Notes under the pieces: model-generated
The model's database searches: none
The model's input: only the letters and a program-made list of their open reading frames with translations
What the model was told of the DNA's origin: nothing
NCBI GenBank assembly: GCA_036172245.1
Contig: JAYWIR010000014.1
Location: forward strand, 3,968,001-4,032,000
Direction of reading: 5' to 3'
Origin: Raillietiella orientalis
Lineage: Eukaryota
DNA length: 64,000 bases
Part shown: piece after piece, positions 13,401 to 25,114 of the stretch
Layout: the number at the start of each line of letters is the position of its first letter
How positions within the stretch are numbered: the first letter of the stretch is position 1
Made by a program: the position numbers and the translations under genes

Positions 13401-16400
13401 CTCCCTGGTCGGCGCGCTGTGCGATACTGTGCACAACGGCATCTTCTCTCCCAGGTGGCCCGCGCACCGTCTTCTTGCAGGGGGCGTCCCCGTCCCTGCA
13501 GTTCTAGGACCGACGAAAATCGCGTCCGGGGGTGAGCCGACGAGCCCTCGACATCCCGGGAGCGAAAGGGAAAGCGCGCGCGGTTCCATCGTTTTTCTCT
13601 TCGTCTTCTCCTCTGGATCTCTCCGACGTGTGCGTTCGCCCCCCTTCCTCCTCCTCCTGGTGCTGCTTTTGCGCCGTCTGGTCGTAAAGGAGCGAGGATG
13701 CAGAACTTCTGGAATGGAGTCTGCGGTTCACTCGTGAATGTCGGAATCGGCGACAACTCGTAGCAGGCCGTTGTCCCCTCCTCCTCCCGCTCCCTTTCTC
13801 CGAGAGTGCATACGCGCCAAAATTGACCGACGAAGTCGCATCGCGACCTGGAGGATTTCGGGACGTCATGCATTCCAAAACATGGAAGGCCTCTCTGAAC
13901 TCAAATCTAATTGGAGTTGACCTCTCTCGACCGGAGTCGGCGGCTGATTGACTGCTCCAGCGGACCGCTCTCTCGGAGGGAGTAGCGGGGACAGCCGACG
14001 ACCGCGATCATCTTGCCGACGTCTCCTGGTGCCCCTGGGGGCTTGTTGGCCAGCTCGGTGGGGCGAGGTTCCTTTTCTTGACCTCATGGAGAAGCGAAAC
14101 GAGGGGGCGGTAGGACAAGCGTCGCGGGTGCTGCTGCAACACTCGGATGACCGGAGCTGCCCGCCTCACTTCCGGGTATCCTCGCATTGGGTCGCTCTCT
14201 TCTCCCCCTAGCGCTGCCTCTGCCCAGGGTTCGGGTTTGCTCTCGGCCGAGTGTGGTGGTCAACCAGGCTGGATCTGACCACGCAAAGGACTGCTGTGGA
14301 AGACTGCGAAGAGCTCTCTTCCTTCCTTTTTTTCGAAGGGTCCGCAGAGCCATGCCACTGGAGGGCTTTCGGGGAAGTTCCTGGGTCATTGCGGAACGAT
14401 CCGCAGGCTCTGAGTAGCTCCCGGCAGCTGGCCTAAGATCGGCTTCCGGTCGGTTGGAAGTCGCTCGGGGAGGGGGGCGGGACATCCCCCCGAAGGTGGC
14501 AGCTGCTTCCGATACGAAGGACAGTCCTCAGTGTCCTCCGCTGATGGCGCTTCGATCCCGGAAAAAATGACCTCGAAAACAGGAATCTCATTGAAAAGCA
14601 GGACGCAACGGGGGGAGAGAGGGAGGGTGGAGAAGGCCTTCATCCTTTCCGGAGAAATGGAGGCATTCCGATAGAAGGTTGAGGGGCTCGAAGGTTGTGG
14701 TTCCCTCTGCCCTCCCCGCGGGAAGATGGACTCTGCTCCTCTCCCACCGGACCCCGATCCACAACTTCATCTTCGCGAATGCGCAATGACCGCTTCTCGC
14801 CGCATCCTCCCGGCGGCGACTTGTGGAGCTCCGCACTTCCCCGACTGCGATCGGGAGGAGTTCCCGTTCATCTCCGGAGATGCAGGCGCGGTTTGCCTCG
14901 GGAGTCCCGCCGCTTTTGCCCCCCTCCCAGTCTGGCGCGTAGCGAACGCTCCGGGATGCGTTCGTGCGCGTCGCAAGCAGCGCTCTCTTGTTAGCCGTTC
15001 CTGGGTTGAGTGGGGGGAGGGCATTCTCTTGCGCTCGCGGGCGCGCGTGTTTCTTTTCAACTGTCGCGCCGCGCTGTCGGGACAGCGCGGGCGAGTCGAT
15101 CGTCGCGAGCAGGAAAACCGACCCGACCTCGCGATCTTCTGGTCGCAGCCGCAACCCACGGCTTTTGTTCGCTCGGTATCGGTGGACCACGCAACCCGCG
15201 GGCGCGGTCGTCTCGCAAGGGCGCCAGTCCTGTCGCAGAGGCGGATCGGTTTCCTCCAATTAGTTGGAACACCGGGATCGTGGCATCGCCACCCGGACTC
15301 GAGTTACTTCCTCCCGCTCTGGTCGCCTTGACGACAGCCCCCCGTTCTCATGAGAAATCTTTTCTCCGATTTCTTGTAACAACAACAGCGACAACACACG
15401 CATAAGATTTTTTTCATTTTTTGTTCCCTTCCTTCCCTTCCCTCCCCCTCCCCTTTTCCCGAGCTTCGAAACTCAGCTCGCGTGTTCATCGCGCTTCCCT
15501 GTTGGTGTGGCGATGCAACTACCCGACTTTTTTTTTTTTCTTTCTCGGGAAGAAAAGTTCCGCGGATGACGCCGCCACCCTGTGGCGAGACGTTCCGCGT
15601 TCCTCGTCATCGGGAGCCGTCTGGCGATGCGGCAACTTCCCGTTTCCGGAGCGTGGGAGGGTGAGTCGGGAGGTCTCACTCTCGCCCGCTCCCGAAAAGG
15701 CCAGGAGGGAAGGGGGATTTCCAGTCCTGGAGCTGTTGCGGCGCCGGAGAGATCGTCCCTCGCTCCTATCGCGGTCCTTGCTTCCGTCGGGGCAGGCGAG
15801 GTGGGAAGCCGGCTGTGGTTCGCTACGGCGCCAGACCCCCTCCCCCGTCCCCGGAGGCGCCTTCAGACGTAGAAGAAGTTCTCGCAGTCGTTGTAAGTGG
15901 GGCGGAGGGAGGCGTCTGGAGGCCCTGCTGTTCTTTGCGTGGCCCAGTCGGCCTCCGGACTTTTCTCGGCCTTCAGATGCTGCGTCACGCGCAGTAGCCC
16001 GCACGTGCAGCGCGCAGGACGATTTTCTTGACGAGTCGACTGCCCTGCGCTCTGGTGGTGCCGTGGCTTCTCTGATTCTCCGTTCAGAGGTTTCAGAGCG
16101 CTCTTGGTCACCTGCTGCCTTTCAAGGTAACGTCGCTCTTCGGCTCCTGCGGAAATTCCCCTTGGCCCGCGCACTCTGTGCTGCCATCTGAAGGATGGGA
16201 CATCGCCACGGGGCTGCTTGCTGAAGCGCGCGCGCCGCCGGACAGGAATCTTCCCGGATTCGCTTCCCTGCCCGGGCTGCCGCAGCTCTGGATGCTCACC
16301 CCGTGGCCGAGCAAGTCTGAATCCAGGGACGGAAGCGTCCCGTTCCCTCCCTTGAAGGAGTTACTTGCCCGAAAGTCCCCGTTTCCACGCGCACCCCCTT

Positions 16401-19400
16401 CCGTCTGACCCAGCACCATGCGGGGTTCTCCTCCTGTCTTGCAGGTGCGGCCTTGCGGGAGCGGCAGCGAACAGAGACGGCGAACCCGTGTGTATCCTCG
16501 AGGGCGTGCCACGGGTCGGGTTGCCTCTTCCCCTCTCCCCCCTTCCCCACCCCCCGGTCCGAGCCCCTTGTACCGGCCTCCTTGTGTTCGCGAGAGTGGT
16601 GGGACGGGGAACGAACATCGACGGGAACCTTGGCAGCAGTCGTTTCAAAGGAAAACTCGGCTCCCGGAAGAGAATGCACCGTCATCTCGTCTGTACGCGC
16701 TCCCTCGAAGTTCTGGTACTCACTCACATAGGCAAATGCTGTACACGGCTGTACGCACGCACGTAAATTGCCCGCCTCCTTCCGGTGGAGTACGCGTTTG
16801 GAAAACCGGTCCAACCCGAGACCCATGACTGGGGCGGATGGCCCCTGAGAGGGTCTACCAGGGAGTTCTCCTTTCGAAACCTTCCCAAATTTCCAGGAAT
16901 CGAGTCGGAACGGATCAACAGCAAGTATTCGTACGGAGAGGTGCTGAGGTTTCCTTCCATACAACTCGACCACTCGGCCAGGTACGTCTGCACGATCTAC
17001 GCGGACCCGCAGATGAGTGCCGGAGAGAAGTACATCGACGTGTCCGTGAGAGGTGAGTCGGAAGGCCCGACAAAGCACGGGGCAACGGCGTTCCATTCCT
17101 CCCACCACCCCGGCAGAGGTCGTCCCGCCGAGCTTCGAAGACTTTTCCAGCAAGAATACTACCCTGGAGCTGAAGGAAGGCACGTCCTTCACCCTGAACT
17201 GCACAGTCGATGGCGTTCCCAAGCCTACCATCACGTGGTTCAAGGTAGGCGGGTTCCACGCACCTGATCTTCTTGATCCTTGCTTGCCATACCTTCACTT
17301 GTACCTCAGCGGAGAGCAGGACGAAACCTCTTCTTCCCGGTTCACTTCTGCTCCTCGCTTCAAACGCAAAGCAGCTGGTCGGTCGCGCGCACCGTTCGCC
17401 CGCGGCGCGCGGTCTTTCTGCAGGGAATTTTGCCCTTCGGTTCCGCCGCTCAGCTCCATCTTCCTCTTTCGCTCTCCCGTGAACGGATGTAACGAAGTGG
17501 TTTATCTACGACGAAACAGCAACCAACTCTCGGCTGACGCGCGATCCACTCTTGTGAGATGGAGGCGTTCTCATCTTCAGGAGGGACTCTCGCACGTTCG
17601 CTGCGCATCCTTTACGGTTCGGAGATGATGCAACTCTCGGACTCTTCCCGAACTTTCTCATCGCTGCGGCATACAGGGAGGCGTGCGCATCCCCATGGAT
17701 GTGCAGTACCTGGGATGATTTTCCTGACGAGGCGGTCTCGCAGGAGGCATTCCTTCTACTTCGCTGTCCTTCCTGGCTGCATCCAGCGTTTATTGGTTTG
17801 AAGGGAGGAGGCGGGACTTCGCATCCTTGCTCCGTGGAAGCGATCAGGCATCCTTCGACTTCCGAGAAACTCGGTTCTTCCCTCACCGACCGATCTTCCA
17901 GAAGACACGGTCGTGCTCCACGTTCTTGTCGAAGCAGAGACTGCTCTCTTTTGACTTGGGGGTATTCCATGCTTATCGGTGCACTCTTTCTAATGTTTCT
18001 AAAAGCAATTTCAATGCAATTGCGTTCCATTCTATTTTGATTTCTCCTTCTAAAAGGATGAAAACCTATTTATAGTAAACTCCTCGAACAGGCAGATCTT
18101 TTTGGAAGATGAAAGTCAGCAACTGAGGTTTGTCTGGCTGAAGGAGCAAGACAGTGGCTTGTACAGTTGCGAGGCCAGCAACCGAGGAGGCCACGTGAAG
18201 CGGTTCGTGAAACTGAATGTCCACGGTACGGCCCTCTTGCTCAAGGTTTAGTTGCCTCCAGCGGTCTCATTCCGTAGTTTCCATGAAGCCGGTCAACAGG
18301 ATCCTACTTATCGTCATCGGCGTGATCTTGGCAGTCGTGAGCATCGTGTTCCTCTTCCTCTGCTTGAAGATCAGATCGGAGAAGGTAAACCGAATCCGTG
18401 CGTCCGCTCGCGCCTCTGAACGTCGCGTTTAGAAAAAAAGGAAGGATCTTTTCACGAAAGCGGAAGAGAAGGAAATCAAGGAAGGCAACTACAAGCAGAT
18501 CAACCCCGAACTGAGCGTGGGGGAGCAGATAGACTTCCTGCCTTACAGGCAGGACGTCTGGGAGATCCCTTACAGCAATCTGCGGCTGAAGGAGATTCTA
18601 GGTATGAAGTTCGGGAAGCCTGTAAGGCTTCTTTCATCTTTCAGGAAGTGGTGCTTTCGGAAAAGTCATCAAGGGAGAAATATTCGGGTTGAGCGAAAAG
18701 AACGGAGAAGTGGCCGTGAAGCAGGTGAAAGACAACGGCGAGAAAATGTTCTACCAGGCTCTGATGTCCGAGCTGAAAATCATGAGCCACATTGGCAAGC
18801 ACTTGAACATCGTCAACCTGATCGGTGCCTGCACCAAGAACATGCGCAAGGGGGAACTGTATGTCATTGTGGAACACTGCAAGTACGGCAGCCTGGAACA
18901 GTATCTAAGAAGAAATCGCCACAGGTTCATTGACAAACTCAATTTCGTTACAGGGAAGATCGATTCCTCGATACGCAAAGACTCTGAGCAACGAATCTCG
19001 TCCAGCCCTTCAAACAGTGATCGGTAAACAACGAGCCGTTTCAAAAGTAGAGATGCGTACCTTGCAGCTCATCTGTTCCGGCGCGGTTTTGGAGCTCTTC
19101 GCCAAATTACGCGGACGACTGCCGCCTCTCCAACTCCGGTTACCTCATCCCGAAGCCCCTGAAGAGCGACGGCTCGACGGACGGTGAGTTGAGTATTGAG
19201 CCCGCGAGCAGCGACGATTTCCCGTCACCTCTCCTCACCTCCTGCCCTTCTCGCCCTTTCTGGTTCTTCTCGCTTTGCTCCGCCCCTCGGAGGGGGTCTT
19301 TCCTTGCGGCAACCACCGGGGGAAGGTGCGGGAGCCTTCGGGGAGAGTTTGCTAGCTCTACGAGACTGGAGGGACGTTAAGCAGCTCGCATGCAAAGCCG

Positions 19401-22400
19401 GCCCACTGAAACCTCCAGTCGAGGAAAATGGAACCTTTCGTGACAAAAACCCAATGCCGAATCTCAGGACCAGCCTCCAACTGATCTTTTCGGCTCGCAA
19501 CTTATCCATCTTTGTTTCGTTTGGCGTTTGCCAAGCGCAGAACCTGCTTCTCGTTCTTCAGGAACGCACCACTGGAAACGGTCTTTGCGTTGCGGGATTG
19601 GAGAGCACCTCGGGTTGTTTCCAGACCGGTTCCCAGAAATTCTTGCGTCGTTCTGGATCTTCGCGGCAACCGAACACAGTTTCTTTGCCCGCTGCCGTGC
19701 TGCGGTCTCATCACAAAGAGCTGCTACTCTTGCGGACCACTGTCGGAGGAAAAAGAATACCTAGAGGCAGGCGAGAAGCGCATGCAGGACCGCGCTGCCC
19801 GAATCTCGCCGAGCTTGGGTGTAGGGGGGTGGCGAAATGTAAATTAACAGTATTTTCGCTTCTGGACTACATGTTCGAGTCGCTGCTGCTGTGATCGAGC
19901 GAGGGGGCTCACAGAGGTCCTCACTCGGCGACGTCGCACCCCTGCCATCTCGAGTTCGCGCCCTTCATGACTTCCGGACGATGGCTGAAGCCGGGAAACG
20001 CTTGCCAGAAATGATGCAGAGTATCGGATGGCGAGCGCAGTCCCTTTATCCCTTATTTTTCCTGCCTTCACGATGCTGCGGATTACCGCCGCAACCGCGA
20101 GGAGGAATCGTTCCTTTTTCTCATTCCGTCCCTTGTTCAAGTATTGGTGAGCGGACTCCTTCACGTCGCCTTCGCTCTTGCAGTCTTCTTGCGCAATGGC
20201 TCGAGGGGAAAGAAAAGCCAAACGTGGGATGGGTTAGCCACGAAAGTGATGACCAATGCTTGTTCGGGAAGATGAGGCAGTAGGGAAGGAGGTCTCGTGT
20301 GCGTAGAGCTCTACGCTGGAACCTATTTTTACGAGGTTCTGCGCCGCAGTGCTCCATTCAGCTGAGCGAAGGGGCAAGGAAATCTGGATTTCTGAAAGGA
20401 CTGGACTGCTTGGTAGGATGAAGTCTTCGGAGGGTCGCAAGCATGGGAACGGAAGCAAGAGCCAAGTGGCGGTGACCTACTGAGACCCCCTCGCATCCAC
20501 GCAGGGCCGGTAACGATTTGCCGTAGTGCAGAGGAAGACTGGAAGGTTCTGACCGACTTGAGGAACGGTCCAACCGCTCTCCGCTGCTGAAAAACGCAGA
20601 GCGCAGACTCCAATGCACCACACAGGAGCGCGTTGAGTCTCGCGCTCGCAAGGGAGTCGGGGGACCCGTCCGCGATACGCAGCTGCCTGGGATAAGCGAA
20701 CGGCCTTCTGGACGTTCAGAACTTTCCCGACGCTGACGTTTTACTCGGAGAGCTACTCATCTGCTGGTTGTGTCGGAGCACTTCATCCTCCTCCTCCTCT
20801 TCTTTTTCCTTTCCCTTCCTGATATTCTCTAACCGCAAAATTTCACTTGGTGAACTGGCAGATCTGAATTCGTGCGAAACTGAGGTTACCTTTGCTCCTT
20901 GGGCATCCGAGTACAGGAGCGAGAAAGACGACAGCAATGCGCCTCCGGTAACCACGGACACCTTGCTGAGTTGGTCTTGGCAGATTTCTCAGGGGATGAA
21001 GTACCTGGATTCGAGACACGTAGGTGTTTTTTTTTTTTCTTTACGCCGACCCCTACTGTCGGGATTTCCGCAGATTGTTCACCGCGACCTGGCGGCCAGG
21101 AACGTCCTGTTGGCGGAGAACGGCATCGTGAAGATCGGCGACTTCGGCATGGCCCGAGATATATACAACAAGACTTACCAGAAGAAATCCGATGTGAGGA
21201 GGGGGGGAGGGGGTCCCCTGTGTTGGAAGGGTTCGCATCATCTCGTTTTTTAGCTGAGGGTCCCTCTGAAATGGATGGCTCTCGAGTCCATACTGGGTGA
21301 CCGCATCTGCACGTCGCAGTCCGATGTGTGGTCCTACGGAATCACCATTTGGGAAATTTTTAGCTTAGGGCGGTGTCCTTACCCTGGCATCCAGTCGAAT
21401 GACCTATTGCAGCTCCTGGAAGAAGGGTATCGGATGTCGTCGCCCAAGTGCGCCCCCCCAGAAATGTGAGTCGCGCGCTCGTGGGCGAGTGCCCCGCGAG
21501 ACCGTGTGGTTCCAGTTATGAGCTGATGAGGAGCTGCTGGCTTAGAGACCCTCTGGCGAGGCCGACCTTCTGCGAGATCGAGAGGAAGTTATCGGAGATG
21601 GTTTCGCCGAACCAAAAGAGAGTGAGACGCAGTTTTCCTGAAACTCTCTGTCCCCCCCCCCCTCGTTTGGGTTTCCCGGGAAGCTCGGCACTTCCTGCTC
21701 CTCTCCTGTGTCTCCGTTCGCGTGGTCCCGTCTATTGTCCGCCCTTTCCCCGTGCTTTAGCGCCTCTGTGTGCCCCTCGCGCGCGCTTCGTCTGAGCTGC
21801 GGCTTCTGATTGGTCGGGAATCTCGAAGTTCGCCTCGAAGCTCAGGCAGGGGGGCATCCACGGAGATGGACGAGTCGTCTTGGATCCTCGCGGGTTGCAA
21901 TCCGCGCGGAGTAGGTGTGAGCGGGACGTCGCGGACAAGTGCCAGATTATCCGAGGGAGCCTTGCGGAAACCGACTTTCCTCGGGAACGTCCCTCGCGGC
22001 AAAGCGTGCTTTTTCTGTGCATCTTTCCCAGTGCTGCATCTTTCCCGCGTCGTCGCGGGAAGAGAGCAGCGGAAAAGAGAAAGTGGGCAGGATGCTCCGT
22101 GCTCACCAGGACTCACGAACTCTTGAGCGTTGTCAACGAGGTCTCCCGATGCGCGCGCGAGCTTTCCCGAGTTTGTGTGAGAAAGCCGGGACGCCCTCGC
22201 GTCGTTTTCCCAGGGATGCCGAAGAAGAACGAGAGACTTTGCCTCCGGTGTTGCTGGGCAGCGTCGTGTCTTCAGGCTGGACAAGCAGCCAGCAGCCACG
22301 CGACGCTCTCACGAGCCGGTTCGCGAGAATAGCAATGGGGTGAGAAGGATGAATGACGTTCGTTTCCCAGGGACACGGTGATACATCTCGGCCCCTTGGG

Positions 22401-22910
22401 CTCGGTTCGGTTTCGTTTAGAGGGAGCCCCCTTGGGTCTGCCCCGTGCTGCTCCCGTGCGCTTTCAACGCCGTTGGGTGTGCGCGTCCCGCCACTCCCTC
22501 TGCCCTCTTGCGTGGGACACGAATTCAGCGTTGATTACATGCTGGACCCGGATCTCCGATGCTGAACGTAACGGCGGTCCTCGTCTTTCCAGTACCTGAA
22601 GGAACTCGACAGTCCTTTCGTACAAATGAACAAGGCCTTCTTCAGTGACCACGAAGATTACCTGGCCATGTTTTCTTCTCCGCTGAAACTTCAGGAGTAC
22701 GCGGATCAGAGCTCGTACCACTCCCCCAATCTCGACGAGTGCTTTTCGGACATACAGAACAATCCCGGTTACACGAGAATGGACGGCATCCACATGTCCT
22801 TCCCGGACCAGGCGAACGGGTCCCAACGCAGGCTTCGGAACTACGACAGCTTCCGAAGCGATGGGATTGAACTGAGACCCATGCTGAATGCATCCTCTGT
22901 TGTAGTTTGA
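4356..22910 (+). CDS. Pvr: PDGF/VEGF receptor-related receptor tyrosine kinase (VEGFR-like, 7 Ig domains, split kinase), 23 coding exons, 1306 aa
   Basis: Manually spliced, all introns GT-AG and phase-consistent. Exons: 4356-4419, 6747-6874, 6947-7127, 8916-9052, 9494-9629, 9683-9840, 9925-10114, 10172-10480, 10549-10709, 10963-11122, 11207-11365, 16897-17052, 17117-17244, 18057-18225, 18278-18384, 18433-18601, 18645-19023, 19068-19183, 20862-21019, 21074-21193, 21254-21465, 21516-21621, 22593-22910 (sum 3921 nt = 1306 aa + stop). Motifs: signal peptide, Ig repeats ([38 protein letters not shown]), [61 protein letters not shown]. Confidence 0.95.
6747..7127 (+). CDS. Pvr: Pvr exons 2-3, Ig domain 1
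   Basis: [30 protein letters not shown] ... [12 protein letters not shown] ... SIYLYAK; 72-nt intron 6875-6946. Confidence 0.9.
8916..11365 (+). CDS. Pvr: Pvr exons 4-11, Ig domains 2-5 and first half of Ig6
   Basis: D2 [28 protein letters not shown]3 [16 protein letters not shown]; Cys-less D4 [22 protein letters not shown] as in VEGFRs; D5 [17 protein letters not shown]6 VVLTCSW. Confidence 0.93.
16897..18384 (+). CDS. Pvr: Pvr exons 12-15, Ig6 end, Ig7 and transmembrane helix
   Basis: [41 protein letters not shown] (exon 18057-18225, absent from the ORF track); [24 protein letters not shown] followed by basic KIRSEK. Confidence 0.93.
18433..21621 (+). CDS. Pvr: Pvr exons 16-22, juxtamembrane and split tyrosine kinase domain with kinase insert
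   Basis: [42 protein letters not shown], kinase insert, [60 protein letters not shown]. Confidence 0.97.
22593..22910 (+). CDS. Pvr: Pvr terminal coding exon, tyrosine-rich C-terminal tail
   Basis: Acceptor tctttccag, phase 0; [23 protein letters not shown] (two YxxM motifs); stop TGA 22908-22910. Confidence 0.85.
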   Translation, partial: YLKELDSPFVQMNKAFFSDHEDYLAMFSSPLKLQEYADQSSYHSPNLDECFSDIQNNPGYTRMDGIHMSFPDQANGSQRRLRNYDSFRSDGIELRPMLNASSVVV

Positions 22911-23089
22911 AGGAACTGAGAAATAGGGAAGTTTCATGATGTGCATTCCCAGAATTCATGCCCTGGACCCCAACAGAAACGCAAGCCTAGAAGATACCGG
23001 AAGATGCCCACGGGCACAGAATTCACCAGCTTTCCATGCACAGCCCGAGGTCAAGACAGAGACGTCGCTGTTAAAATACCGTTTTTTCC

Positions 23090-23124
<35 letters not shown>

Positions 23125-23325
23125 ATGCTCGGTCTTTCTCGTCGCCGGCGGAAGTTGCCAAGGAAACGGATGCCACGTGACGTGTTGTCGGTGGCTGTTT
23201 GCTCCCATCTCGCCGATTCACTCAAGTGCAAGCCATTAGGAGTAGAGTAAGATTTTTGAGATTCGTCGTACCACTCTTCTGTGAAGATAACGAGTTTACA
23301 ATGATGAGAGGATGAAAACGGCTCG

Positions 23326-23337
23326 AATAAATTTATT
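23326..23337. terminator. Bidirectional polyadenylation signal AATAAATTTATT
   Basis: Perfect palindrome giving AATAAA on both strands, ~415 nt after the Pvr stop; first AATAAA seen downstream of Pvr. Confidence 0.55.
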
Positions 23338-25067
23338 GAATTGGAAAATCTCGAGATGTTTGTTTCTCAGTACATCCTCTTAATTATAGGGTTACTGTTG
23401 CTGTAGTACATTTTTATTTTCCATTCCATTTCTTGAGAGAAGGCAAAGAAGAAAACGAACAGGAAGAAGAAACAGTAACATACTACCGCTCACGGTATCT
23501 CTTGCTACCATCGCATATCATCAAGCACTTTCGAACACTCTTGGTCTTTCAGCTTCTGGCTTCTCTGGAAATCTATCTTACACGATGGAATTCTGTCGCT
23601 GTCTTCAGCTCTTCATCTGTCCAATATCTGCGATAGCATCTACGGAATCTTGTTTCAGCTGGGAAGCAATTTCTCTTGAGCATTAAGAAAAACGACATGC
23701 ATGATCTCGAAGATGCTCACCTTCCCACGTTAGGACGCATTGCTCTGATTCCATGGTCTGTCAAAACTGGAAGCGAATCCCCTTCTTGCAATGGCACACT
23801 TCACTTCTTCTCCGGTTCTCTTTCTGTTTACATACAGTCCTGCTTCCCAGGAACAACACAATCTCAAGAAGAACGTGTGCGTGTGCGTTCTGACTATCCA
23901 GGTTAGAGAGGAGTCCGTGGGTTCCTGTTGAATTCTTCCATCACACTCCGAACGCTCAAGCACCCCGCTACGTGTGCACTCTCCGTTCCCATTTCGAGTG
24001 TGCTGCGAGTTCCAAGGTGCATCCTCGGTTCACGGACTTTCGAACGAACACGTCTGTGGGTGATTTCACAGTCTGAATGCATCACTCCATTCTACTTTGA
24101 CTTTTATCGGCAGCTCTTCGGGTGCGGAGCTCGTCAGAATCTGACGAGCAGGTGGGTCGCAGCTGCGACCTGCGTGGACGGAGCGCTTCGGTACCGCGTG
24201 CTCTATCAGAGGTGCCACCGACTGACTACATAAAGTGCTGATTAAAAAGTTGCTATTGTTTGTTCACACCACATTAAGTAAAATATTTTCATTTTTCCCA
24301 AACACATATTATCTATTTAAAATTATAATTCCAAGAAAATCAATAACTCATTTGGGTGTGGCACAATATAGTAAATTATCTACGACACGGCTATAATATC
24401 ATGCTATTCTCGAGAATAGTTGGCGGATCTAAATAGAATTTTGTTTCCTGTCGTTGCTAGGGGAACCATGTGTTTGTGCCCATCTCAAACGTGGATAGTG
24501 TCCACTTATGTCGCATGTATAAGGTGAAAACATTTGCCAAACGCATAGATGCGTCCATAGCACTCAAAGGGTCAGGTCGGATGCTGTGGCTTGAAATCCG
24601 CTGCACGGATGGAATGAACATCAGACATCTTTTCGTTCCACGAATCACCGACCGACTCTGATTCACAGCATCTTTTAAGAATGAGCAAGCTTTTGAATTT
24701 TCGAATGCTAAAGCTAGACCAAAATCCATTCAGTCAAAACGGTGGCATAAAAACCGCGCAACCAAGCGTTCCCTTACCACTGGTTTGAGTGTCGGCGGTT
24801 ATTTATTGAGAAATTGTTTCGTCCACCCCTGATGAACTTCCAGTGGCGTTGCCGTCTTTTTCGTCCCCCTGAATTCTCTTCGTTTTATTACAGTGCAATC
24901 ATCACTTAATCATTTAAAATCGATACTGGTAAGGCAATAAATCTTCTCGAAAGCACTTTTATTATCCGAATATCGATTCAGAAGCACAGGAGGAGCAAGG
25001 AACGATCTGTGGAGTCGGAAACGAGGATCCACTGAGCAGCGCTCGTCCCACGATTTAGCTCCGGCTG

Positions 25068-25114
25068 CAAAAGTTCACGTCGTGTGACCTTTAGTCACAC
25101 GACGTGAACTTTTG
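25068..25114. repeat. Perfect 21-bp stem, 5-nt loop hairpin
   Basis: CAAAAGTTCACGTCGTGTGAC-cttta-GTCACACGACGTGAACTTTTG. Confidence 0.95.

Noticed and set aside
21074..21465. Kinase deviations (MALES for APE, activation loop one residue shorter) as a pseudokinase sign
   Set aside because: Gly loop, VAVK lysine, helix-C glutamate, HRDLAARN and DFG are all intact; ALE is a common variant in tyrosine kinases
23092..23121. 30-nt poly(A) run after the Pvr stop, as a retroposed tail
   Set aside because: No upstream AATAAA or target-site duplication, the gene retains its introns, and similar A/T runs are common across the window
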